From the NCBI RefSeq assembly GCF_044360715.1, contig NZ_JBIKJY010000013.1:1254-65253 (forward strand): a stretch of 64,000 bases of DNA, in the 5' to 3' direction. Positions 24,976 to 34,891 of this stretch are shown piece by piece. The notes beneath the pieces were generated by a model. It was not told the origin of the DNA. It saw nothing but the letters and a program-made list of their open reading frames with translations, and did not search any database. The position numbers and the translations under genes are program-made. Numbering within the stretch: the first letter of the stretch is position 1; every line of letters starts with the position of its first letter. This DNA is from Flavobacterium sp. Its GTDB lineage: Bacteria; Bacteroidota; Bacteroidia; Flavobacteriales; Flavobacteriaceae.

Positions 24976-27633
24976 TTACTTCAATCCAGCGATACTTTGC
25001 TCTATAGTTGTAATTTTTGCTAAAGCATCTGCTTCTTTTTTGCGTTCGTTAGCTATTACTTGTTCAGGCGCACCCGCTACAAATTTCTCGTTAGATAATT
25101 TACCTTGAACCGATTTTAAGAAACCTTTCGTGTAATTTAATTCTTCTGTTAATTTTGCAATTTCTGCTTCTACATCAATGTTTCCAGTAATTGGAATGAA
25201 ATATTCGTTAGATTTTACTCGGTACGATAACGCACCATCTACTTTTTCAGTAACATATTTTAAGTCGGTAATGTTTCCTAATTTCATAATGATAGAATCG
25301 AAATAATTCGACGCTTTTTCATTGTTCACTACTCTTAATTCAATTACATCTTTAAATGGAATATTTTTATCTTTTCTAATGGTTCTTATTCCAGAAATAA
25401 CATCGGTGGCAAAATCAAAATCAGCAATTAATTTTGAATTTACAGAAGTCATTTTCGGATATTCAGCAACAATTAGCGCTTGTTCTGGTGTTCTTTCTGT
25501 AATATGTTGCCAAATTTCCTCCGTTAAAAATGGCATAAATGGATGTAATAATTTCAAATTATTTTCTAACATTTCAATGGCTTTGTCAAAAGTAGCTTTA
25601 TCAATCGGTTGTTGATAAGCAGGCTTAATCATTTCTAAGAACCAAGAACAGAAATCGTCCCAAACTAGCTTATAAGTCGCCATTAAAGCTTCAGATAATC
25701 TGTATTTTTCAAAGTTATCTTCAATTTCTAATAAGGTTTGTTGCAGTTTTGCTTCGTACCATTCAATGGCTACTTTTGAAGATTCTGGTTGCGAAATGGT
25801 TTCAGAAACTTCCCAACCTTTAATCAATTTAAATGCATTCCATATTTTATTGGTAAACGCTTTTCCTTGATTGCATAATTCTTCATCAAATAAAATATCA
25901 TTTCCTGCAGACGCACTTAATAATAATCCTACACGAACGCCATCAGCTCCAAATTTTTCAATTAAACCAAGTGGTTCTGGAGAATTCCCTAATGATTTAG
26001 ACATTTTTCGTCCTTGACTATCACGAACTAAACCTGTTAAATACACATTTTTAAAAGGTTTTGCATCGGCATATTCGTAACCTGCAATAATCATACGTGC
26101 CACCCAGAAAAATAAAATATCTGGACCTGTAACTAAATCGTTAGTTGGGTAATAGTATTTGAAATCTTCATTTTCTGGATCCATAATTCCACCGAAAACA
26201 GCCATTGGCCATAACCAAGAAGAAAACCAAGTATCAAGTGCATCAGCATCTTGCTTTAAATCGTTTATAGTTAATTGTTTATTGTTTGTTGCTTGTTGAG
26301 CTAAAGCTAAAGCTTCTTCTTTTGTTTCTGCTACAACGAAATCCTCTTTTCCATCTCCATAGAAATAGGATGGAATTTGTTGTCCCCACCACAATTGACG
26401 AGAAATATTCCAATCGCGAATATTATTTAACCAATGTGCATACGTATTATTGAAACGATTAGGATATAATTTTATTTCGTCAGATTCTAAAACCGCATGA
26501 ATGGCTGGCTTAACCAAATCTTCCATTTTCAGGAACCATTGATCAGATAAACGAGGTTCGATGACACATTTCGTTCTTTCAGAAGTTCCAACGTTGTTAG
26601 TGTATTGTTCTACTTTATCTAAAGCATTAATTGAAGTTAATTCTGCTTCAATTTCTGTACGAACTACAAATCTATCTTTCCCTTCATAATGCAATCCGAA
26701 CGAGTTTAAAGTGGCATCTTCATTAAATATATCAATGATTTCTAAGTGGTGTTTGTCACCTAAAGTTTTATCGTTTACATCGTGAGCTGGTGTTACTTTT
26801 AAACATCCTGTACCGAATTCTAAATCGACATATTCATCTTCAATAATTGGAATTACTTTTCCAGAAATAGGCACAATAGCTCTTTTTCCTTTTAATTTGA
26901 AATGTCTTTCATCATTTGGATTGATACAAATAGCAGTATCACCGAAAATAGTTTCAGGTCGAGTAGTAGCAACTACCAGAAATTGGGTATTGGGTGTTAG
27001 GTTTTGGGTATTTTCTTCGTCAAGAATTTGATATTTGATGTAATATAATTTTCCTTGACGTTCTTCAAAAATTACTTCTTCATCCGACAACGTTGTTTTT
27101 GCTTCCGGATCCCAATTTACCATTCGGTACCCTCTATAAATAAGACCTTTGTTGTATAAGTCTACAAATGAACGGATTACAGAAGCCGACATATCTGGAT
27201 CCATAGTAAATTTAGTTCGATCCCAATCACAAGAACATCCTAATTGTTTTAATTGTTCTAAGATGGTTCCACCGTATTTGTCAGTCCAATCGTATGCGTG
27301 TTTTAGGAATTCTTCACGAGTTAAATCTGCTTTATTGATGCCTTCCGATTTTAATTTCGCAACTACTTTTGCTTCGGTAGCAATAGAGGCGTGGTCTGTA
27401 CCAGGCACCCAACACGCATTGAAACCTTTTAATCGCGCACGACGTATTAACACATCTTGAATAGTGTTATTCAACATATGCCCCATATGTAATACTCCGG
27501 TTACGTTTGGTGGAGGAATTACAATAGTATAGGGTGTACGATGGTCTGGAGTGGAATGAAAATAATTGTGTTTCATCCAATAGTCGTACCATTTTTGTTC
27601 TACGGATTTGGCGTCAAATTGGGCTGGTATCAT
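24976..27633 (-). CDS. valS: Valine--tRNA ligase
   Basis: 885 aa. Motifs [13 protein letters not shown] (HIGH), KMSKS and a coiled-coil C-terminus. Confidence 0.97.
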   Translation of the reverse strand: MIPAQFDAKSVEQKWYDYWMKHNYFHSTPDHRTPYTIVIPPPNVTGVLHMGHMLNNTIQDVLIRRARLKGFNACWVPGTDHASIATEAKVVAKLKSEGINKADLTREEFLKHAYDWTDKYGGTILEQLKQLGCSCDWDRTKFTMDPDMSASVIRSFVDLYNKGLIYRGYRMVNWDPEAKTTLSDEEVIFEERQGKLYYIKYQILDEENTQNLTPNTQFLVVATTRPETIFGDTAICINPNDERHFKLKGKRAIVPISGKVIPIIEDEYVDLEFGTGCLKVTPAHDVNDKTLGDKHHLEIIDIFNEDATLNSFGLHYEGKDRFVVRTEIEAELTSINALDKVEQYTNNVGTSERTKCVIEPRLSDQWFLKMEDLVKPAIHAVLESDEIKLYPNRFNNTYAHWLNNIRDWNISRQLWWGQQIPSYFYGDGKEDFVVAETKEEALALAQQATNNKQLTINDLKQDADALDTWFSSWLWPMAVFGGIMDPENEDFKYYYPTNDLVTGPDILFFWVARMIIAGYEYADAKPFKNVYLTGLVRDSQGRKMSKSLGNSPEPLGLIEKFGADGVRVGLLLSASAGNDILFDEELCNQGKAFTNKIWNAFKLIKGWEVSETISQPESSKVAIEWYEAKLQQTLLEIEDNFEKYRLSEALMATYKLVWDDFCSWFLEMIKPAYQQPIDKATFDKAIEMLENNLKLLHPFMPFLTEEIWQHITERTPEQALIVAEYPKMTSVNSKLIADFDFATDVISGIRTIRKDKNIPFKDVIELRVVNNEKASNYFDSIIMKLGNITDLKYVTEKVDGALSYRVKSNEYFIPITGNIDVEAEIAKLTEELNYTKGFLKSVQGKLSNEKFVAGAPEQVIANERKKEADALAKITTIEQSIAGLK

Positions 27634-27788
27634 TTATATTGTATTAATTGTAAGTAATTGCGTCTTTTGGTATACTTTTTGAAATCTATCTGCAAAAGTA
27701 ATTATATAAAACAGAATAAAAAAAATGTATTTACTTTTTGTTAGTTAGTTTAAATAACATATTTTTACAATTCTCAAATTAATATAAA

Positions 27789-28220
27789 ATGAAAAAGGTA
27801 GTACTTATTTTAGGTTTAATGGTAACCAGTTTATCAGCTTATGCACAAAGTGGTGCAAAAATTGAATTCAAAGAAGAAACCATTAATTATGGCGAGGTAT
27901 ATAAAGGGGTTGATTCAGGAAAAAGAACTTTTGAATTTACCAATACGGGTGATATGCCTTTAATTATTAAAGATGCGAAAAGTAGTTGTGGATGTACGGT
28001 GCCTACTAAACCTACAGAACCAATTGCTCCAGGTAAAACAGGCGTTATTGAAGTACAATACAATATGAATCCAGGGCCTATTAGTAAAACAATTACAGTT
28101 GATACTAATGCGGTTAATAAAGAAAACGGAATGGTTGCCTTACGAATAAAAGGAACAGTTTTAGTAAAAGAAGAAAAAAGTATTTTAGAAAAAAAATCCG
28201 CAGGACCGCTTTCTAAATAA
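27789..28220 (+). CDS. DUF1573 domain protein (secreted)
   Basis: 143 aa. It has a signal peptide and the motif F.F.N.G..PL.I....SSCGCTVP. Confidence 0.8.
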   Translation: MKKVVLILGLMVTSLSAYAQSGAKIEFKEETINYGEVYKGVDSGKRTFEFTNTGDMPLIIKDAKSSCGCTVPTKPTEPIAPGKTGVIEVQYNMNPGPISKTITVDTNAVNKENGMVALRIKGTVLVKEEKSILEKKSAGPLSK

Positions 28221-28237
28221 TAAAACATAGTTAAAAT

Positions 28238-28272
28238 AAAAAAGCCAGAATATTTATTCTGGCTTTTTTTTT
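28238..28272. terminator. Bidirectional terminator
   Basis: A-run, then gccagaa...ttctggc hairpin, then T9. Confidence 0.75.
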
Positions 28273-28290
28273 GTTTCTATAATTTGATAA

Positions 28291-28860
28291 TTACCAAACT
28301 AAGTTTACTTTTAATTCAAATTCATCACTAATTGTTTTGTCTCCTAAATCTGAGAAAAACGAACCAGAATTGTATTTGATATCGTATTTTGTTCTGTCTA
28401 CTTTTAATGTAGTAGTTGCAGTGTTTCCTTTTACTGTAATATCAAAAGTAATTGGTTTTGTAATTCCTTTGATAGTTAAATCAGCAGTTACAGTATATAA
28501 ACCATTTCCTTTTCCACTAATTGTTTTAAAAACTAAGTTAGCTGTTTTATGTTTTTCAACACCAAAAAAGTCTTCAGCTTTTAAATGTTTGTCTAAACTT
28601 TCTTTTCCTTGACCTGGTTTTAAATCGGTAGTGTTAATTGAAGTCATGTCAACAGTAAATGTTCCACCTTGTAATACTTTTCCTTTAAATACTAAAGCAC
28701 CACTTTGTAAACCAATAGTTCCTGTGTGCGAACCTGTTACTTTTTTACCTGTCCAAACGATTCCGCTTTTTGCTGCATCGATTTTTTTTGTTTGTTGTGC
28801 ATTAACTGTAAATGATACCAATGTTACTAATGCAATTGCAATTGTTTTTAAATTTCTCAT
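28291..28860 (-). CDS. YceI family protein (secreted)
   Basis: 189 aa. It has a signal peptide and the W.G.K..G.H.G....G pattern of YceI-like proteins. Confidence 0.8.
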   Translation of the reverse strand: MRNLKTIAIALVTLVSFTVNAQQTKKIDAAKSGIVWTGKKVTGSHTGTIGLQSGALVFKGKVLQGGTFTVDMTSINTTDLKPGQGKESLDKHLKAEDFFGVEKHKTANLVFKTISGKGNGLYTVTADLTIKGITKPITFDITVKGNTATTTLKVDRTKYDIKYNSGSFFSDLGDKTISDEFELKVNLVW

Positions 28861-28880
28861 GTTTGTTAAATATTTAGTTA

Positions 28881-29513
28881 TTAAATTGTTTCAAATAATT
28901 CTGTAATTGGTTTTCTTACTTTTGCATAATGTTGGGTCTCATCTTCATCATGTCTATAACCTATTGTTGCTACTAACGTCGCGTGTAATCCTTTTTCTTT
29001 AAGGCCTAAAATTTCGTTATATTGTTCTGGTAGAAATCCTTCCATTGGTGTCACATCAATTTTTAATTCAGCGGCAGCGTTTAATAAGTTGCCTAATGCT
29101 AAATAGGCTTGCTTTTGCGCCCAAATCAATTGTTTTTCTGGAGTTAAAGTAGAAATATTTCCAATCATAAAATCAGCATATCCTTTTACGCTATCAAATG
29201 GAATGTTTCTCGTTTTTGCCATGTTTTCGGCAAATCGAGTAATGTATTCTGCATCCACATTGGTTTCACTTGCAAAAACCAATAGGTGAGAGGCGTCTGT
29301 AATTTGACTTTGTCCCCAAGAAGCCGGTTGTAATTGTTTTCTAATTTCTTCATTTTCGATAATTAAAACTTTATACGGTTGTAAACCATACGAAGAAGAA
29401 GATAATAGAATAGCCTCTTTTAAAATTTCTAAATCGGAATTAGAGATTTTTTTTTCGCTATTAAATTTTTTGGTAGCGTAACGCCAATTCTGATTTTCAA
29501 TAAATGTGCTCAT
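28881..29513 (-). CDS. Nitroreductase family NAD(P)H-dependent oxidoreductase
   Basis: 210 aa. The RYATKKF start motif is followed by SSSYGLQPYK. Confidence 0.8.
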   Translation of the reverse strand: MSTFIENQNWRYATKKFNSEKKISNSDLEILKEAILLSSSSYGLQPYKVLIIENEEIRKQLQPASWGQSQITDASHLLVFASETNVDAEYITRFAENMAKTRNIPFDSVKGYADFMIGNISTLTPEKQLIWAQKQAYLALGNLLNAAAELKIDVTPMEGFLPEQYNEILGLKEKGLHATLVATIGYRHDEDETQHYAKVRKPITELFETI

Positions 29514-29515
29514 AA

Positions 29516-29968
29516 TTAATTTCTGTATTTTTCTAATAAATTATTTAATTGGGTTAACTCTTCTTTTGTTAAATTGCTTGCTAAATTATTTTCATGTTCA
29601 ATAACAATTGGGTCTAATTTTTCTAATATATGAAGTCCTTTTTCTGTTATTGTTATTTCCATTTTTCTTTTGTTTGACGGACAAATTTTTCGGATAACGA
29701 ATTCTTTTACAATTAATTTATCAACCAAACGTGTAGTATTGCTATTTTTAGAAATCATTCTTTCTTGAATTACCGACATGTTAGCTGGTTTTCCTTTCTG
29801 ACCTCTCAAGATACGCAACACATTATATTGTTCGCTCGATAAATCAAATGGTTTTAATATTTCTAAAAAACGATCCGCAATAATGCTTCTTGAAAAAGAT
29901 AAATTTAAAATTACCTTTTTGGCTAAAGATAATTCTACGGTACTTTTTATTTCTTCTTCAATTTTCAT
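29516..29968 (-). CDS. MarR family transcriptional regulator
   Basis: 150 aa. The winged-helix region LSSEQYNVLRILRG...R.V.KL..K..V.R is present. Confidence 0.85.
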   Translation of the reverse strand: MKIEEEIKSTVELSLAKKVILNLSFSRSIIADRFLEILKPFDLSSEQYNVLRILRGQKGKPANMSVIQERMISKNSNTTRLVDKLIVKEFVIRKICPSNKRKMEITITEKGLHILEKLDPIVIEHENNLASNLTKEELTQLNNLLEKYRN

Positions 29969-29977
29969 TGCTTCTTT

Positions 29978-30025
29978 ATTTGTAGGTACAAATGTATAAT
30001 AAATATTTTTATTTGTATATACAAA
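29978..30025. promoter_or_regulatory. Two palindromic operator candidates: ATTTGTA-gg-TACAAAT and ATTTGTA-ta-TACAAA
   Basis: The sites are at 29978-29993 and 30011-30025, with centres 33 bp apart. They lie directly upstream of the MarR operon, in the region divergent to the rhodanese gene. Confidence 0.5.
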
Positions 30026-30122
30026 CGTTATTAAATTAATGTTAAATTTTAAAATTTATTCTAAATTATGATTATTATAGATTTGCGCTAAAAAATAAAT
30101 TTTTATATCTAAATTCTTGTTG

Positions 30123-30130
30123 TAAATTTG
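30123..30130 (+). promoter_or_regulatory. -7 promoter box TAAATTTG upstream of the rhodanese gene
   Basis: Exact TAnnTTTG match 17 nt before the ATG at 30148. Confidence 0.45.
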
Positions 30131-30147
30131 AGGAAAATTATACGTAT

Positions 30148-30456
30148 ATGAATTTAGAGCAAAAAGAGTGGTGGGAAGGTTTTTTAACTACTGAAAACGC
30201 AGTTATTTTAGATGTAAGAACAGAAGAAGAAGTAGCTAATGGAATTATTCCTGAAGCGATAAATATTGATATATATAAAGGTCAAGGTTTTATTTACCAA
30301 GTGGAAGAATTAGATAAAGATAAAACATATTTCGTATATTGCTTAGCTGGAGGCAGAAGTGCCCAAGCGTGTGGTATTATGAAACAATTAGGTTTTGAAA
30401 ACGTATATAATTTAGTTGGTGGAATTTCACAATGGGAAGGTCCTATTGAAAATTAA
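30148..30456 (+). CDS. Rhodanese-like domain protein
   Basis: 102 aa with the active-site loop CLAGGRS. Confidence 0.85.
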   Translation: MNLEQKEWWEGFLTTENAVILDVRTEEEVANGIIPEAINIDIYKGQGFIYQVEELDKDKTYFVYCLAGGRSAQACGIMKQLGFENVYNLVGGISQWEGPIEN

Positions 30457-30474
30457 ATTTAGCAAAGGTGCTTA

Positions 30475-32712
30475 ATGAAGAATTATAAAAATAGTTTTTT
30501 TTACCTACTTGTTGTAGGCATATTTTCCGCTTTAATTTATTGGACAATTAAAAACGGAAAATTATTAGAAAAATCGGATGTATTAAAAGTGGCTTCAAAC
30601 GAAAACTCATATTATCAGGAGTTTTTGGATTCTTTGCATCATAACCTTACGCATCCTTTGGCTATTTTATTAGCACAAATTGTAACGATAATTTTAGTAG
30701 CCAGATTTTTCGGGTTGATTTGTAAAAAAATTGGACAACCCTCTGTAATTGGTGAAATTATAGCCGGTATCGTATTAGGACCCTCATTTTTTGGCAGTTA
30801 TTTACCTGAATTTTCAAATGTATTATTTCCAAGTACATCATTAGATAATTTAAAATTCTTAAGTCAAATTGGCTTGATTTTTTTTATGTTCGTTGTAGGA
30901 ATGGAATTGGATTTAAGAGTATTAAGAAATAAAGCCAAAGAAGCTGTAATTATTAGTCACGCAAGTATCATTATTCCGTTTACTTTAGGATTGGTATTAG
31001 CGTATACGATTTATACCGATTTTGCACCAAAAGGAATTGAATTTATATCTTTCGGATTGTTTTTAGGTATTGCAATGAGTATAACTGCATTCCCAGTTTT
31101 AGCACGAATTGTACAAGAACGTGGGTTGCAAAAAACAAGAATTGGCGCTATGGTAATTACTTGTGCCGCAGCAGATGATATTACCGCTTGGTGTTTATTA
31201 GCTGGAGTTATTGCAATTGTAAAAGCGGGTTCTATAACAAGTTCGTTATATATTATAGTGCTATCTTTCATTTATGTTGTAGCTATGATAAAATTGGTTC
31301 GTCCATTTTTACGACGAATTGGAAACTTGTACGATACTGCTGAGAAAATAACAAAACCTGTAGTAGCCATTTTCTTTTTAACTTTATTAATATCTTCTTA
31401 TTTAACTGAAATAATTGGAATTCACGCATTATTTGGTGCTTTTGTTGCGGGTGTTATTATGCCAGATAATATGAAGTTTAGAAAAATGTTCATTGAAAAA
31501 ATTGAAGATGTTTCTTTGGTAGTATTATTGCCATTATTCTTTGTATTTACAGGTTTAAGAACAGAAATTGGATTGCTAAACAGTCCTGAATTATGGAAAG
31601 TTTGTGGGTTAATTATTGTTGTTGCTGTAGTAGGTAAGTTTATTGGAAGTGCTTTAGCTGCAAAATTTGTAGGTCAAAATTGGCGCGACAGTTTAACCAT
31701 TGGAGCATTAATGAATACGCGTGGTTTAATGGAACTTGTGGTGCTAAATATTGGATATGATTTAGGTGTACTAACCAAAGAAGTTTTTGCTATGATGGTG
31801 ATTATGGCATTGGCAACCACTTTTATGACAGGTCCCGCTTTAAATTTAATTGACTTAATTTTCAAACCAAGAAAAAATAGTATCCCTAACACATCAGATA
31901 ATTTAGAATATAAAGTGTTGGTTTCATTTGAAAATCCAGAAGATGGAAAACCGTTGTTAAAAGTTGCAAATAACTTTATTAGTTTAGAAAAAGAAAAGCA
32001 ATCCATAACGGCAATGTATATTTCTTCCACAAATGAGGTAAATCCGTATAAGATAGAAGAATATGAACGCGAAAGTTTTAAACCTGTACTAAAAGAAGCC
32101 ACTAAGTTAAATCGAAATATTGAAACACTTTTTAAAGCTTCACGCGACATCGATTCGGATATTGTAGAAGTAAGTAATAAAGGGGAATTTAATTTTTTAC
32201 TTATTAATATTGGTGCTTCAATTTTTGAAGGGACACTTTTAGGAAAAGTATTAGGAATTACATCTAAAATTATAAATCCAGAAAATTTATTAAATACGTT
32301 TACTGGAAAAGAGAAATTGTTTGAAGTCAATTATTTTGATGATAAAACTCAAGCCATTATTAATAAAACAGAAGTGCCATTAGGAATTTTTGTAGATAAA
32401 GATTTGACTAAAACAGAAAATATTTCTGTAATTTTATTTAATAATGAAGATCAATTTTTATTGGATTACGTAAAATTATTGAAAAAGAATTCACAAGCTA
32501 AGATTTCAATTTTTGATACGTATGATATCGTAAATGAAAATAACAAAATTACTCACGAAAATGTGAAAGTGATTCACTCTTCTAAATTAGAGAAAGATTT
32601 CTTGAAAGAACAAGATTTATTAATCATGAGTATTGATAGTTGGAAAAAACTAATAGATACAAGAAGTGTTTGGTTAAACAATACACCATCGCTTTTAATA
32701 ATAAAACCATAA
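30475..32712 (+). CDS. Cation:proton antiporter (CPA2/Kef-type) with a ~280-aa C-terminal soluble extension
   Basis: 745 aa. The N-terminal 460 aa are polytopic, with the typical LGP...G.E motifs. The C-terminus is hydrophilic. Confidence 0.85.
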   Translation: MKNYKNSFFYLLVVGIFSALIYWTIKNGKLLEKSDVLKVASNENSYYQEFLDSLHHNLTHPLAILLAQIVTIILVARFFGLICKKIGQPSVIGEIIAGIVLGPSFFGSYLPEFSNVLFPSTSLDNLKFLSQIGLIFFMFVVGMELDLRVLRNKAKEAVIISHASIIIPFTLGLVLAYTIYTDFAPKGIEFISFGLFLGIAMSITAFPVLARIVQERGLQKTRIGAMVITCAAADDITAWCLLAGVIAIVKAGSITSSLYIIVLSFIYVVAMIKLVRPFLRRIGNLYDTAEKITKPVVAIFFLTLLISSYLTEIIGIHALFGAFVAGVIMPDNMKFRKMFIEKIEDVSLVVLLPLFFVFTGLRTEIGLLNSPELWKVCGLIIVVAVVGKFIGSALAAKFVGQNWRDSLTIGALMNTRGLMELVVLNIGYDLGVLTKEVFAMMVIMALATTFMTGPALNLIDLIFKPRKNSIPNTSDNLEYKVLVSFENPEDGKPLLKVANNFISLEKEKQSITAMYISSTNEVNPYKIEEYERESFKPVLKEATKLNRNIETLFKASRDIDSDIVEVSNKGEFNFLLINIGASIFEGTLLGKVLGITSKIINPENLLNTFTGKEKLFEVNYFDDKTQAIINKTEVPLGIFVDKDLTKTENISVILFNNEDQFLLDYVKLLKKNSQAKISIFDTYDIVNENNKITHENVKVIHSSKLEKDFLKEQDLLIMSIDSWKKLIDTRSVWLNNTPSLLIIKP

Positions 32713-32713
32713 T

Positions 32714-33541
32714 ATGTTACAAATAGGTGTGTATCACACATTAAAAATAGATAGAGAAACAAAAGTAGGTTTGTTTTTGGTAAATGAAACTGACGATGTT
32801 TTATTACCAAATAAATATGTTCCAAATGATTTTACAATAGGCGATGACTTAACGGTTTTTGTATATTTAGATCACGAAGAACGTCCAGTTGCAACGACTT
32901 TAAAGCCGTTTATTTCTTTAAATTCGTTTGCCGTTTTAAAAGTAAGTTACATTAATAAATTTGGTGCCTTTTTAAATTGGGGAATGGAGAAAGATTTGTT
33001 TGCTCCTTTTAAAGAACAAGCCCGCCCAATGGAAAAAGACAAACGTTATATTGTAACGATGTATTTAGACAAACAAACGGGTAGGTTAGCGGCATCAAGT
33101 AAAATCAATCAGTTTTTAGATAAAGAACCTTTAGATGTTGAAGTGGGACAAGAAGTCGATTTAATGGTTTCCCATATTACAGAAATTGGAATTAACGTAA
33201 TTATTAACGGAAAATTTAGAGGATTGGCGTATCAAAATGAAGTTTTTGAAACCGTTTCTCCAGGATACAAAACAAAAGGCTACATTAAAGCCATTCGCCC
33301 TGATGGAAAAATAGATGTTTCCTTTCAAAAACAAGGATTTAAAGCCATAGACGATTCCGCACAGCAAGTGTTAGAAGCATTAAAACAAAATGATGGCGTT
33401 TTACGATTGAATGACAACAGCCATCCAGAAGAAATTAAATCGGTTTTAAAAATGAGTAAAAAAACATTTAAAAAAGCCATCGGAAGTTTATACAAACAAA
33501 AATTGATTGATATCAATAACGAAGGTATTCAGTTGGTTTAA
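32714..33541 (+). CDS. S1-like RNA-binding domain protein (CvfB/YitL family)
   Basis: 275 aa. Repeated S1-like segments are followed by a winged-helix C-terminal region (KKTFKKAIGSLYK). Confidence 0.75.
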   Translation: MLQIGVYHTLKIDRETKVGLFLVNETDDVLLPNKYVPNDFTIGDDLTVFVYLDHEERPVATTLKPFISLNSFAVLKVSYINKFGAFLNWGMEKDLFAPFKEQARPMEKDKRYIVTMYLDKQTGRLAASSKINQFLDKEPLDVEVGQEVDLMVSHITEIGINVIINGKFRGLAYQNEVFETVSPGYKTKGYIKAIRPDGKIDVSFQKQGFKAIDDSAQQVLEALKQNDGVLRLNDNSHPEEIKSVLKMSKKTFKKAIGSLYKQKLIDINNEGIQLV

Positions 33542-33554
33542 TATTATATAAAAC

Positions 33555-33588
33555 AAAAAAACGTCTCGATAATTCGAGACGTTTTTTT
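33555..33588. terminator. Bidirectional terminator
   Basis: A-run, then acgtctcga...tcgagacgt hairpin, then T7. Confidence 0.8.
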
Positions 33589-33633
33589 ATTATAATAATT
33601 CGAAAATCTAAATTCGTAAATCGTTAATTAAAA

Positions 33634-34275
33634 CTATTTTCCCCATTCGCTCGGATTGCTATTCCAAGATTTAAGCGTTTCTAATTCTTCTTCTGAAACA
33701 TATTTTTTCTCAACCGCTTTTTCAATTAAGTTTTCGTAATTACTTAAAGTATATACGTCTAATTTTGCTGCTGCAATTTTTTCTTCAGAAATAGGAAATC
33801 CGTATGTAAAAATAGCGGCCATTCCTTTTACATTAGCGCCTTCATTGCGTAAAGCTTCAACTGCCATTAAACTACTTCCACCCGTTGAAATTAAATCTTC
33901 TACTACAATTACGGTCTGACCTTTTTGTAAAAAACCTTCTACCTGATTTTGTCTTCCGTGCTTTTTTGCTTCTGGTCTAACATATACAAAAGGCAATCCC
34001 ATAGCTTCTGCTACTAAGATTCCGATACCAATTGCACCAGTTGCTACACCTGCAATGACATCTGGACGACCAAATTTGGCTTCAATTTGCTTTACAAATT
34101 CATCTTTAATATAATTTCTAACCGCTGGAAATGAAAGAATTACGCGGTTATCACAATAAATTGGACTTTTCCAGCCAGAAGCCCAAGTAAAATGATTTTT
34201 TGTTTCTAATTTAATTGCGTTTATTTGTAAAAGCAATTCGGCTGTTTGTTGTGCTGTGTTGTTATTAAATATCAT
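33634..34275 (-). CDS. pyrE: Orotate phosphoribosyltransferase
   Basis: The PRPP loop VVEDLISTGGSS is present. I prefer the start at MIFNN (34275) over the track start at 34353. Confidence 0.9.
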   Translation of the reverse strand: MIFNNNTAQQTAELLLQINAIKLETKNHFTWASGWKSPIYCDNRVILSFPAVRNYIKDEFVKQIEAKFGRPDVIAGVATGAIGIGILVAEAMGLPFVYVRPEAKKHGRQNQVEGFLQKGQTVIVVEDLISTGGSSLMAVEALRNEGANVKGMAAIFTYGFPISEEKIAAAKLDVYTLSNYENLIEKAVEKKYVSEEELETLKSWNSNPSEWGK

Positions 34276-34282
34276 ATTGCAA

Positions 34283-34882
34283 ATGTATAAAGTTTTTGTA
34301 AACGAGAAACCACTTTTTTTAACAAATAAAATTGAAAAGGAAACAAATTTCAAAATTTATCTGTTAGAAACAGTAAATATTCCAAAAGTAATCTCAGAAT
34401 TATTTTTGAATAAAATACAAAGTGCCTACTTATATCACTCAGATGAAAAGTTAATTATGAAGACTTTGAAATCGAAAATCCCTGTGGCTAAAGCGGGTGG
34501 TGGTTTGGTATTTAATGCCAAAGGCGAAGTTTTGTTTATTTTTAGAAATGGAAAATGGGATTTACCAAAAGGAGGCGTTGAAAAAGACGAAACGATGGAA
34601 AATGCCGCTATGCGTGAAGTAGAAGAAGAAACCGGTGTTTCAGGATTAAAAATTACAGAAAAATTACAAAAAACGTATCATGTTTTTAAACGTAACGGAG
34701 TTTTTAAATTAAAAATCACCTACTGGTTTAAAATGGAAACGAATTACACAGGACCAACTTGTCCACAAGAAAAAGAAGGTATTTCAAAAGCAGTTTGGAT
34801 TAAACCTTCAGATATTGAAGCTACTTTAGGGAATTCCTATGAAAATATTAAATTGTTGTTTGAAAGTGAGAAAGTGGTTTAA
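34283..34882 (+). CDS. NUDIX hydrolase
   Basis: Nudix box GGVEKDETMENAAMREVEEETGV. I prefer the start at MYKVF (34283) over 34256. Confidence 0.85.
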   Translation: MYKVFVNEKPLFLTNKIEKETNFKIYLLETVNIPKVISELFLNKIQSAYLYHSDEKLIMKTLKSKIPVAKAGGGLVFNAKGEVLFIFRNGKWDLPKGGVEKDETMENAAMREVEEETGVSGLKITEKLQKTYHVFKRNGVFKLKITYWFKMETNYTGPTCPQEKEGISKAVWIKPSDIEATLGNSYENIKLLFESEKVV

Positions 34883-34891
34883 TTTTTTTTA

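Noticed and set aside
27634-27788. I looked for T-box, riboswitch or attenuator leaders upstream of valS, pheT (51927-52087), ilvE (42588-42700) and kup, and for tmRNA, RNase P, SRP or 6S RNA in the GC-richer intergenic patches.
   Set aside because: I could not recognise any conserved riboswitch or T-box core sequences or suitably structured GC-rich segments by eye. A covariance-model scan (Infernal/Rfam) would be needed to exclude them properly.
31674-32330. A 218-aa ORF antisense to the antiporter gene. Other long antisense ORFs of the same kind include 41494-41940 in ilvE, 23408-23761 and 24476-24871 in rho, 55135-55500 in the thiolase gene, 9869-10162 in murA and 19843-20457 in the ABC transporter gene.
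   Set aside because: Each lies entirely inside a gene with strong family motifs on the other strand. Their S/F/L/I-rich, motif-free composition is what the reverse complement of K/E/N-rich AT-biased coding sequence produces. None has a promoter box or independent support.
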